Positions 1 to 11,091 of a DNA stretch of 36,560 nt are shown here, one piece after another. Below the pieces are notes generated by a model. That model made no database searches, was not told the DNA's origin, and worked only from the letters and a program-made list of their open reading frames with translations. The DNA is from Thelocarpon superellum (Eukaryota): positions 1 to 36,560 of the forward strand of contig JAPEUG010000149.1 of the NCBI GenBank assembly GCA_026025795.1, written 5' to 3'. A program made the translations under genes and the position numbers. Each line of letters begins with the position of its first letter. Positions within the stretch are counted from its first letter, which is position 1.

Positions 1-377
1 AGAGACCCAAGAGCCCCAACAGCCACGCAGATCTGTCGTGCATTGACTTCGCGCTTAACCCTGGACGGGCTGCCCACTGTACCCAGGTCCGCTAGGGAAG
101 GGTTGACCGACGACGACTCGAGCAGTACTCGTACTACTGAGCGACCTGCACCCCAGCTTGCCCCAAACCTTGATCGTCGGCGCATGACTCGGTCGATGCG
201 CGTGTGAGTCTGGTCTACCAAGGTGTACCCAAAGTCGACCACAGGCACCTTACAGGCACACTTGGCATTGGAGGCCGGGACCCCGTCCGTCGTTAGAACA
301 AAGGACGTCGGGGCGCCTCAGTTTACTTCAGCATTCACCGCGTTCCCGGAGACGTGAAGGCGTGGAGGCTTGGAGGT

Positions 378-410
378 GTACTCGGTCGGGTACTCGGTCG
401 GGTACTCGTG
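378..410. repeat. Short 12-bp tandem repeat (GTACTCGGTCGG), ~2.5 copies
   Basis: gtactcggtcgg gtactcggtcgg gtactcg read directly. Confidence 0.7.
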
Positions 411-1818
411 CTCGTGGTGGACGAGGGCCCAGACGCCGCACCGCTCGTAACGTGGAGCTTTGGCAGCTATATGCCTGCCAGGTTCCTCGCCACCAGCGCC
501 GACCTTCTGCATCCGACGCCCGTCGTCCTTCATGTCCACAACGAGCTGCCCACCATCGGCCCAAAGCCTAATTCACCTTCGACCAAGGAAGCGCAGGAGC
601 AATAATCAAGGTCCCGAATAATGGCCCAAGCCGGCCGGACCCTGGCCTCGACGGCCGCTCGAGCTCGGCTGCCGCGCACGCTAGCGTCGCGCCCTTCCCC
701 TCATGGCAGACCCTTCAATCAGCGCCGTCGGGGCCTGGCTTGTCTGGCCTGCCCGGCATGCTGGCTCATGGTCGTCCATGCTACCGAGATCGCCGTGTGA
801 CCTGGCCGCAACTAATCGTCGTGGGATCCCGACGGCCGTTACGACCGCCATCCCAGCACATATTACATGTACCCGGTGGAGGTCGAAACGCAGGCCTGCG
901 CTCTTGTTTGCCCCTGTGGATGCATGGTCGTCCAGGTCGTGCCTTGGCTTGCTTGTCTGCCTTTGTACGCTGTATACACTGTCGCTGCGCTTCGCTGCAT
1001 GCAACAATCCTCGGCGCGCCATCGACTACCCAAGCGACGGCTGACCCCGGCAGGTCTCGGCGCTCAAGGGCAGCTGCGCCAAAAGACGGCGTACGGGGAT
1101 CACTTCCATTGAAGTCGGACGGCGACCGCTCAACGGATACACGCGCACACCCACACCGACCCATACGCGCAGAGATTCACACTCAGATCCACCGCCCGAC
1201 CCACACACCCACCCCCTACAAGTACCCATGAACAGACCCACACAGGCCCACGAACGTGCGCCCCGACGCTCCTTGGGCCTAACCTTGACGAGCCCAGCCG
1301 TGCTGGTGCGTGTGCGACGCCCACTACTGCAGCGTCGCGGTACCTTGATCGTCGCCTCCACCTGCGTCCCTTGCACCACCACCCCTCCTCCCCCGACCCC
1401 CCCCGGTCCGCCGTAGACGAGGATCTTCGCTCGGGCTTCGATGGTCGTCTGCGGGCACCTGCGGGCACGGGATGCGCACCATTGACACCTTTGCACACCA
1501 CGCTTGACTACTTCCTCTACGCCAACCACCCCGACCAGAGCGTACGTTCCTTCCTACCGTCGCATCCGCAATCAGACCAGTTCGTGCACCGGTGAATTCC
1601 AGCCTGGAGGTCCGCCGCGTACCTGGCTCGCCGCAGAGTACTTGAGAGCTTGACCAGCCGCACCCCGGAACCCCGCTAGGCTTGACGTTCCCCAGTCACT
1701 CTCTTTGGTCCGTGATCTCGTCCTCATCTCATCGCTCACCCTCGACGGATCTGAGAATCACGCTCGCAACACCACGCTCCGCGTGATCCAGGCCCGTCGC
1801 TGAGGGCGTAGCGTCAAC

Positions 1819-4658
1819 ATGTCGGGACGAAGCGCCTACGTGCGCAAGGCCAAGGCCGACTACAAGGAGAAGTCGGGCCATTCGCATCACCCACCACCTC
1901 CTCAGGCCTATCAGGCCCCACCGCCGCCAGCGCCGCCGCCCTTCTACACCGCGCCCTCGTACTCCAACATCCACCACGAAGCTCGAGCGTCCGATCCCTA
2001 TGACTTTGAGTACAATCCCAAGCAAGCGCGTCGTCGATCATCCTCCATCCACGCCGGCATCCCCGGCTCCGTCTCGTCATGGAACACCCCAAGCGAGCAG
2101 TCATATCACCGCGGTGGGCCCTCCCGCGGTGAAACCACCAGCATCGAGCGCAGCACCTTCCGCGCCTTCATGGACAGCAAGAGCGATTCCTTCCGTACCA
2201 AGCTCTCGTCCAAGTTCGGAGCCAAGACTCACGCGGACTCGGGCGAGCCTCACATGCGCATGGAAGCGCAACATCCACCGCGCAGCATTGGTGGGCTCAC
2301 CTACGAGCTCCCCGCCACCCCGATGCCCGAGACTCTTCCCGTGAGACCGCGCACACAGCCGCGCGCCGAATCCAGCATCGGTCAAGATCAACTCCGCAAC
2401 CTGGAGGCGGCGACGAGCGTGCGGCGATGGACCGGCGCGGGAAAGCCGCCACAATCCTGGAACAAGTTGCGCAAGGTCGGTGACAGCAGTGCCCGCCCCC
2501 ATTCCTGACTCTCCCGCGTGCTCCGCCAATACTGACACGGCATCAGGATCCCGAGCTGTGGGACCATCATGGCGACACCTTGGTCTATTTTGGACACGAG
2601 ACGCAGCAGTCGACGCGCCCGTCGCCCTCCTTCCGGATCCAGTCGTCAATTTTGGAGGAGACGGAGTCGGCCTTCTTCATCACCATCCTGCGGGAAGGGT
2701 ACAAGTATAACAATGACTACCACTTCTCCGGTGGACTGGCGAGTCCGCCGCCGTCGATGCCTTCGACGTCTCCGCCACTGCGCGATCTGCAGTCCCAGGC
2801 GTCGCATCGTGACCACGATCCCGCCTTTCCGCTGCGCCGTCCCAAGGTGCCGTCGGCCATCAGCAGCCTCAATCCGGGCCAACCCACGCCGCCGTCGTCG
2901 GACACGGCGACGCTGCAGGAGAAGGAGACGCCCATCTTGCACGAGATCTACTTCCCCGCGCCGGCCGAGGCCTCGAAGATGGACGTCCTCCGACATCATC
3001 TCACGACGCGCAACGTCCTCGCGCTGCTGATGAACAAGTCCATCGTCGGCCTGAACTTCTACCAAGCGCTCCTCGACCTGCACGAGCGTTTGCAGGTCTA
3101 CATGCAACCGGATACCGACTGCGCCAGCCTCGTCATCGACTACCTCGTCTCCAACCGACTCGACGACGTCCGCAACGACCCGGCCGCCGCGGCGGGTCTC
3201 CTGGCCTGGAGTGAAGGGCTCGGGGTGCGCTGGCACGAAGGCTGGCGTGAAGCGTTTGTGCATTGCGTCGGCATGTACGCCCGCCTGAGCTCGCTGCCCG
3301 AGTTCCGCGACGTGAGCCCCGTGGCCCGCGCGCTGCTGGAACGCTCCCACCTCGAGCTCCAGGTGCGGATCCAGCAGGCCGAGGGACGCCTGGCGCAGTT
3401 TGACTTTGACGACATCTGGCCGGTGCAGAGCATCATGCCGCCACAAGCGCGTTCCAGCTTCGACCGGCTGCGACGCTTCTTGATCAAGTTCTACGAGTCG
3501 GTCTACTGGACCTGGCCGCCACGCACGGTGCAGGAGGGCGGGAATGGCTGGTTGACGCGTGAGCTGGTGACGCGGCTGCAAAATGATTTCGGCGCGCTGT
3601 ACGACTACTTCGTCGACCGTGATGTGGGCTGGGAGGAGATGGAGGGCGGCAACGAACGCAAGTTCAGGATCGTCAGCCTGTCCAAGCGATCCACCTTCCG
3701 CGCCGACAGCGACGACCTACCCATCACGGACTATCTGACGGGCTTCGACAATCGCAACAACTTCCCACACATCCCACACCCCTACCCGCTGTTGCCGACG
3801 TCGATCCCGGTGCAGTACAACTCCAAGACGTCGCTCTTTGGCGGCAAGAAGATCAAGGGCGTGGACGAGAAGGCGACGGAGCGGCGCACGGCGCTGGCCT
3901 ACTCGGAGGCGACCAACATCTTCTTGCTGGGATCGGACTTTGTGGCCAACGACCTGGTCGAGGCCTTCCTGCGCTTCGAGAAGACGGATCAGATTGGTGA
4001 GATTGATCCATTCGACGCGCGCAAGGGTCGCTGGATCCTGCTCTACGGCATCTTGCAGGTGCTGGCCAGCGTCTCGGTGGACACGCCGAACCTGCGGTTC
4101 AAGGATGACGTCAGCTACTTTCTGAACCCGCGGCTGCGAGGCATCCCGCCGTGGCGGTCGCAGTCCGACATGCCGACGGAAGAAGCGTCGCAAGCACAGA
4201 GCCATTGCTGGAAGGTGCCGAAGACGTGGAACCAGGATCACTCAATCGGCTGGTCGGAGCTCCGCAATCATCGTCAGATCGTCATCACGTCGGATGGCAT
4301 CGGCGACGGGATCGGCCGCGGCTCGGCTTCCTCCTCGGACGGACGCACGGCCGCGCCCACAGACCGGGATCAGCGCGCACGACAGTGGGTGCAAGGCGCC
4401 GGAGGCTTCTTGGACGACGGCGACTCACCGCCACGCATCAGCTCGCGGAGCAGCAATCGTGCCAGCCCTGACGGCAAGATCAAGGATTGGCCGATTCAGG
4501 GACGACGAGACGCGAGCAACGGGACTGGGACTGGATATGGAAACGGAAACGGAAACGGAACTCGAGAAAACCTCTTGCTTGCTGGTCGGGAGAACAATCT
4601 GACGGTGGCAGGCCGTGATCTTGGACGATCCGATTATCAGGCCCCTCAAGATTGGTGA
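1819..4658 (+). CDS. Uncharacterised fungal protein (DUF8004-like, recalled family resemblance), ~922 aa; join(1819..2475,2547..4658)
   Basis: ATG in tcaacATG context. Intron 2476-2546 (GTCGGT...ACTGAC...CAG) joins 'WNKLRK' to 'DPELWDHHGDTLVYF'. The second exon is long with strong G/C3 bias. The Pro/Ser-rich N-terminus is followed by a conserved-looking helical core ('GWREAFVHCVGM', 'RKGRWILLYGILQVL'). The family name is from memory, not a search. Confidence 0.85.
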
Positions 4659-4873
4659 GGCGCGCTGTGCATGAGCCGGATCCGGTCCAACCTCCTTTTT
4701 ACATTCGGGCGCGACGGGGTCTGTGAGACGAACCTTCCGCTGATCTGTGTCCCTTCGAGGAGACGGGAGATATTCCACGGAAAGACGACGAACTACGACG
4801 AAGCACGACGCTGATAATGGAAGGGAATTTTCTTCTATAATGGGAGGGGCATGAGTGCGACTTCGAGAGAGGG

Positions 4874-4912
4874 AGGTGGAGTGGGAGTGAGGAGTGAGGA
4901 GTGGGGAGTGGG
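4874..4912. repeat. Purine-rich (GGAGTG[A/G])n degenerate microsatellite
   Basis: ggtggagtgggagtgaggagtgaggagtggggagtgggg downstream of the first gene. Confidence 0.6.
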
Positions 4913-5146
4913 GATATGTTTCCTACGTAATCTCTTGATTCCCAATCCAATCCAGATCAAAATGCAAATTCTCAACCTTCCCAAATTCTCGACCTCTACA
5001 CTTGCCAACTTCGGCCGTTTTCCTTGCCACCTATCACCTTTGGTTTTCAATTTCTGTTCCACGACCGCACGCTCTCATCCGCCCACCAAGGGCGCAAAGA
5101 GCTCCGAACGAAACGAACAGCACCTCGATACCCAATTAGCTTCGAT

Positions 5147-5273
5147 CCTCCCTCTCCTCCCTCTCCTCCCTCTCCTCCCTCTCCTCCCTCTCCTCCCTCT
5201 CCTTCCTCTTCTCCCTCTCCTTCCTCTTCTCCCTCTCCTCCCTCTCCTCCATCTCCTCCCTCTCCCCCCTCTC
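5147..5273. repeat. 9-bp pyrimidine minisatellite (CCTCTCCTC)n, ~14 units
   Basis: Near-pure C/T tract between two convergent genes. It produces the spurious LPL/PPS/GRR/EGG ORFs in the track. Confidence 0.95.
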
Positions 5274-5755
5274 TTTCCGAAAATCGATTCCTCACGATCA
5301 AATATCTTTCGTCTTTCTTTCTCTCTCTCTGTGTCTCGCCATCTCTCTCTGCTGATCAGTCTATCGATCAGTCGATTGATGACTATGATTGAATCCGAAC
5401 CCAACCTTGAATAAACAAGTCCACGTGACTGTGATCGTGACTATACAGATGAATGTGGATACGACTCGTACTTAGTAGTTACTATCCCTTTGGTATCGCG
5501 CCCTGTTGTGCCGAAATGGCAGCCTTCCATCCTAAACTGTTGTGCAATGTACTGCAAGTGCGCATTTCAGAGTAAATAATGTGTGTATGCGTTGGTGTTT
5601 GTGTATGAGAGTATTCTTTGCTTTCGTGCCGTCTCGTCTTGTACATCCACCCTCCATCCCACCAGTCAACCAGGACCCTGTCTGTACTCGGATCTGCTCC
5701 CTCGGTGCGTCCGTACACGGTTCGCACGTACTGCCTATCCATTCTTGCGGCTTCT

Positions 5756-7824
5756 CTACAGTCTCACCTTCCCGGCATTCAAATCGGCCCAATCGGCATC
5801 GGTAAAAGGGACATAGGCACTCCCGCGCAACCAGAACAAACGGTCCTCTGTGCCATTCAGCCGGACAGGATCGATGCCATCGACGCGGAGTTGGTGCTTC
5901 TGCTGCTTGTTAGTGCCGGTGGTGGGCAAGGCGGGGGTGACGCGAAGGAAGAGCGGGACGGCGAAGGCGGGGAGGGTCGCGCGGGCGTGCTGTGCGATGG
6001 AGCCAAGTACGGCGGGCGTCGGCGCCACTGAGAGCACCGTTGCTGCGGTGCCTGCGCGTCCGTCGTGGTGCGGGATCGAGACCCCGTATACGTTCGCTTC
6101 GACGATGCTATCGTGCTGGCTGAGGCTCTCTGAGACTTCCTGCTTGCCGTTAGCGATGGAGCTGAGGGAAAGGAACGTGGGAAAGCAACATTCGCCGACA
6201 CGTTCTCGCTCTTCCATCGAAAAGTGTCGCCGATGCGGTCGACGAAGAACCATCGGCCGTCATGGTCCCATCGCACGACGTCACCGGTGCGGAAGAAGAC
6301 GTCGCCCTTGGCAAAGACATCGCGCAAGATCTTGGCGTTGCTCGCCTTCTCGTCGCCGTAGTAGCCTTGGAAATTCTCCTTGATTCGCTGCGGGTCCACG
6401 CGGAAGAGTAGCTCTCCTGGTTGGTTGGCCGACACTCGTCGGCAAAAGCCGGTCGTGCGGTCGCGCACCGGAGCCTCTTCATCCCAGTCTACCTCAGTCA
6501 CGGCGACCTTCTTGCCTAGGACGAGCCTGGCAAGGGTGCCGTTGGTGCCAATGGCGCCTTTCCCAAAGTCGTTGTTCGAAAGGTTGAAGAAGCCGCTGGT
6601 GCTCTCGGTCGCGGAGTAAAACTCGGCGATGGAGTCAATCCCGAAACGTTCCTTGAACTGCTTCCAGATGTCGGGCCGCAGCCCATTTCCAACGGCCAGT
6701 CTGACGTTATTCTTCCGGTCCAGGTTCTCTCCCGTCACTGCGTCTATCTCCGGCGGCGCCGCGAGGAGATATCGACACGTCTCGCCCACATACTGCACGA
6801 TGGTTGCATTGGCCTCGCGCGCTTCCTTCCAAAACGTCTTGGTGGAGAATCGACGACCGATAGCAATCGTGCTACCTCCATTCAATGCCGCCATGACACC
6901 CACCAGCACGGCCGATGAGTGATACAGAGGCATGCACTGGGATCTGTCAGTGCAATGCAAGACCAATCTGACGAATGCGTACCGTATACATGATGTCCTC
7001 CTTTCTCCATCGCATCCAATTTCGAACAAAAGTAGAACCGAATGTCGTTTTGCTCCAGCTGACGATTGCTGGTTTAGGCAGTCCCGTCGTTCCGCTTGTG
7101 TAGATCAAGATGGCCATGTCGAGCACCTTCACTCCGCTTCTTGTCGAGTCCGGCGCTCGTATCCCCTCCGTCTTGAGGATCTCCGTCTCCACCGCTGGAG
7201 AGAAGAAGACCACCTCAACCGCGCCGCCGCTGTCTTGCCGGAAGCTTGGTGCCGACAGTTGCTCCTTAATGTCCGAGGTGAAAGTCGGCCGGAGCTCTTC
7301 GTCCACGAAGAAGAGACGGGCGCTCGACGTCTTGATGCTATGTACCAGCGGCTTGCCGGTGAGGTTGTAGTTCAAAAAGGCGGGAACAGCGCCGATGCTC
7401 CACAGGCCGAACCAGAGAAAGACGAAGTGCTGGCTATTCATGAAATCCATGGCGACGATCTCCTGTGGCTTGATGCCATGCCTTGTCCTCAACCAAGCAC
7501 CATACTTGAGCACGGTTTCGTACGTTTGCTGGTACGTCCATGTCTGTCCTTGGTAGAACAGAAACGCCTTCTGTGACGTCTTTGGGTCCGACGCAAAACG
7601 CTCGAGCTTGTAGAATCCATTGAGGCGCCCGTGACATTCAAGATTATCCCGCCTGCGATTCGACCAGATAAAGTTGTGCAACAAGTGGATGTCATTGAGG
7701 AAGGAAGTGCGCGCGTTGAGATAGGCTAGTGACGCCGCTGCGAGGGGGCCGGCGATGGCCAAAGGGACTGGCACAGGCTTTCAGCTTCGGTCCACCAAGG
7801 CGGAAGGGGGAACGCACTTGGCAT
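5756..7824 (-). CDS. FAT1: Very-long-chain fatty acid transport protein / acyl-CoA synthetase (FATP/SLC27 family), ~640 aa; complement(join(5756..6139,6190..6936,6983..7767,7818..7824))
   Basis: AMP-binding motif IYTSGTTGLPK, plus CMPLYH, QYVGETCRYLL and the FATP signature GDVFFRTGD...FVDRIGDTFRWKSENVS. Three introns (7817-7768, 6982-6937, 6189-6140) restore one frame. The C-terminus is GKVRL*. Confidence 0.95.
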
Positions 7825-8947
7825 CTTGCACGTGGGATCTTCCAGTCGCTGGATGCGGATCGGTCGCGGAGATTCACGCCACGGCTACGATTGCCATGTT
7901 CGAGCTTGCAGATGGGCCTGCAAGGGTGTGATGTGGATTGGGAGCACAGCGGAAAGGAACATATGAATTCGTGTAATCGAGTGTGGACTTGTATGACGCG
8001 GCGCAGGGATCATCGTTCAAGCACGTCAGCTTGGAGTTGCTACGGGCATCATTCTGGCTCGGCCAATGCGGGATGTGCGGAGGTCCTAGGCGCCCGGTGC
8101 TTTACCTCGGCGATTCTAAGCATCGAGCGTTGTGCCACCCGTCTGCTAATCATGCACAGGCGGGCGACTTGACCACCCACTATCTGTTAGACGCTTGGTG
8201 GCGTAAGCAATTATCGCCAGGTGTAGGAATCAAAGCTGAATTGCTAGTCTAAGCGCAGTCTGGGATAGTAATAGGAGTGGGCATGTGACCAGATCACGTG
8301 CGCGCTCCTACACAGGTAGGCTTGCACCATCTCCAGTAGTCGCCCAGAATTCCCAGTCTCATCCGATAGCCTCAGATACGCAGACAGCTGAGACCGATCG
8401 AATCTCTAGGTATAGGAGGCCTTCTAATGCTTTTGACACGGATCGCAACGCTTGCAGATTTGGAAGCTGAGCTCCAAACGCAATGGTCGATCACAACCAT
8501 CCATTACCACGAGGGGAACTGGGGTTCGCGTCCGCCACGACACTCGAAGAGGCAGTTAGACACGCGTGGAGAATCAGCTAGGATCAGCCTCTTCGTTGCA
8601 ATCGACAAAGAGGTACTCCTTAGTAAAGACAGTATTCAATCCAAGGTAATCGCGCCTGGGAGAACACTAATGTTACTTAATACTTGAGGATGTCAATACT
8701 GGAATGGCGGAATTTGATTGGCTGTGGCTGTGGCGGAAAGGTACAAGAGCTACCGGAGCTCCATGGTTCACCGTAAGACCTAGCATAAACCCAACAACGC
8801 CTTCGTTGGATTGGGAGATATGCTTCATCAGCAGCGCGTCGCATCTCACCTCCCACAGAGGATAAAGAACTGGCTGCGTCCAGTCAACTGATAAGTCGCC
8901 TATTCTTCTCCATCCTTTTGGTATCCGTATTGCGGCGCTTCCCAATC

Positions 8948-10301
8948 ATGGACCGATTCCGATCGGCACAGCAAACGCTCTTTGCCCGTGAGAGGCCTCC
9001 CCGCACAATTCTCATCTCGTAAGTGACGACGGCAAGGACGACGACACTGTATGCTGATACGGGTGCTTGGTGCAGCTACATCGCAGACTACGTGCTGCTT
9101 GCGTATGTTTCCCGCCCGTATTGCGGCTCTTGTGCGTCGCTAATATGGACTCCAGAATCTTACTCCTGATCTTCTTTCTCCTCGACGATGCCGAGCCCTT
9201 CCACCAACCCTTTTCTCTCAATAACTACACTTTGCAGTATCCGTTTGCGGTCCACGAACGAGTCACGACGGGGATGCTGTACTCCTTCTCCATCCTGATT
9301 CCAGGAATCATCATCGTCGTCTACACCCTTGCAATTGACGGCCTCTTTTCTCGTGGATCGCCCGGAGGATCCTTAGGAAGTGAAGGATATCTTCGCAATG
9401 GAAGCTATAGCCTAGGCGCACGGATTTGGGAGCTCCACTCTGGCATTCTTGGCCTCGCTCTTTCGTGGGCCGTTTCCGTCGTGATTACGCAGTCATTGAA
9501 GGTGGCCACGGGAAAGCCGCGACCAGACCTCATCTCACGATGCCTGCCACGGGCAGGAAGCGCTGATCCGCCGGTCTTTGGTCTCTCGAACACGTCCATC
9601 TGCACTCAAACAGACAACGACATCCTAAAGGATGGATTCAGAAGCTTTCCATCCGGACACTCCAGCAGTAAGCGGACCAACCCACCACCCGTTTGAACGT
9701 GCCGAACCGTCTGACCATCGCAGCGGCCTTTGCTGGTCTCTTCTACCTCTCGCTCTTCCTCGGCGCGAGGATTCATGTTCTGGACCGACGTGGACAGGTT
9801 TGGAAGGTGCTCATCTTCCTCCTGCCTATCCTTGGCGCAGCCCTGATCGCCGATTCACGCATCATGGATGCCCGCCACCACGGCTTCGATGTCCTCTCCG
9901 GCAGCGCCCTCGGAATCGTGTCCGCATGGGCGGGCTACCGGCAATATTTTCCCCCCATAACCGAGCCATGGCGAAAGGGACGGGCTTATCCGATCAGAAC
10001 ATGGGGCTTACCCGACTCGGACGACCCAGCAGGCAAGGAAGATCATTCCGTCGATAACTCGGCTGCATATCACCGCAACGGAGCCTCGGCTGGGGGAGAG
10101 CCGCTCGATGCTCCCTCGACATCGAACCAACCGCAACCGACTATTTACCAGCGGAACAGAACATCAAGCCCATCAGTCGAGCCCAGTCTAGTCGAAGCGC
10201 AGTACCCCGCCGGCAACAACTACGAGTTGCTGCAGCATCAGTACCAGCACGGGCAGGTGGCTCCACGAACCCAGGAGTCGACGGCTTACGATCCACGATG
10301 A
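8948..10301 (+). CDS. PAP2-family lipid phosphate / diacylglycerol pyrophosphate phosphatase (DPP1/LPP1-like), ~395 aa; join(8948..9018,9076..9102,9156..9667,9724..10301)
   Basis: All three PAP2 motifs are present: KVATGKPRP, SFPSGHSS and SRIMDARHHGFD, with hydrophobic TM segments. Intron donors are GTAAGT, GTATGT and GTAAGC, with GCTGAT, GCTAAT and CTGAC branch sites. There is a 27-nt second exon. Confidence 0.93.
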
Positions 10302-10611
10302 AGGGATTCATGCCTACGTCTACGTTGGTTCGGGAGGAGCGTCAGCGTAGCCATACGCGGCGAAAGCGGAAGCTTCAGCCTCTTGGCGGCGTCAGCATGC
10401 GTTAGCCATCCCTGAAGCGGGATTATGGAAAGGCGTGTTCGTTCCTCGTCGCGATTTGGGCGGGACGTGTCTTGGCGACGGTGAATGCTCTCCAGAACTT
10501 GGATCCGTTACGTTTCGTTCTTCAAAGCATGGGATGAGGTCGTAGTGCTGCTTCTTCGTTCCCTCCATACGAGAGATGGATGCAGAGTACGCACAACCAC
10601 GCTTAGATGAC

Positions 10612-10728
10612 CGTCAAACGTCGCGGATCCCTGGCTCCAGCCCAGATCTCCAGCTTGATGCCATATGCTCGAGGTCGTCTATCAAAAGTACTCTGAGTTG
10701 CGGGGGCCCGGAGCCGCGACGTTTGACG
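10612..10728. repeat. Inverted repeat, 19-bp arms (18/19 match), 79-nt spacer
   Basis: cgtcaaacgtcgcggatcc (10612-10630) versus ggagccgcgacgtttgacg (10710-10728); 15-bp perfect core. Confidence 0.8.
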
Positions 10729-11091
10729 ATAGACCTAGCCTGTGTTCGTCCCGGTACCTACGAGGTATTCACCGGGGTATGGTCGAGGCTAAGAATATCG
10801 TCGGACGTCGTGGCCCCCTGGCTCCCGAGTATATCTTCCAGTTGGTTATATATCCATGAGATCGTATCTCAAACCACTTCTAGGCAATGAGTTGTGGGGG
10901 CCGGGAGCTGCTACGTTCGATGATAAACTTAGCTTCTTCCATATGAATACGACGATGGGCACCAAGATGTCCGTTTAACGTCGTGGCTCCCGCCTCCAGA
11001 TGCTATTCTCGATGTTCCCAGTGATAGTACATCCACGAAATCGTGGCCCAAATCGTTCGACGTGAATAAGTCGCGGGGTCGCCCCAACAAA

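Noticed and set aside
318..1595. Cluster of short ORFs upstream of the first gene
   Set aside because: No recognisable motifs or consistent splice model.
2646..3581. Long antisense ORFs (2646..3581; also 34265..35308 and 32507..33244)
   Set aside because: They are shadow frames of real genes with strong G/C third-position bias.
4862..5273. Long-range pairing between the GA-rich tract and the CT minisatellite
   Set aside because: The repeat periods differ (7 versus 9 bp), so the complementarity is only low-complexity.
4851..5414. ORFs with LPL/PPS/GRR/EGG repeats (4851..5414, 5024..5392, 5047..5301, 5075..5404)
   Set aside because: They are by-products of the stop-free 9-bp CT minisatellite and have no coding-like flanks.
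10400..10860. Minus-strand frame containing 'RVLLIDDLEH' (receiver-domain-like) with internal stops
   Set aside because: It is a single short motif with no other receiver residues, which is not enough to call a pseudogene.
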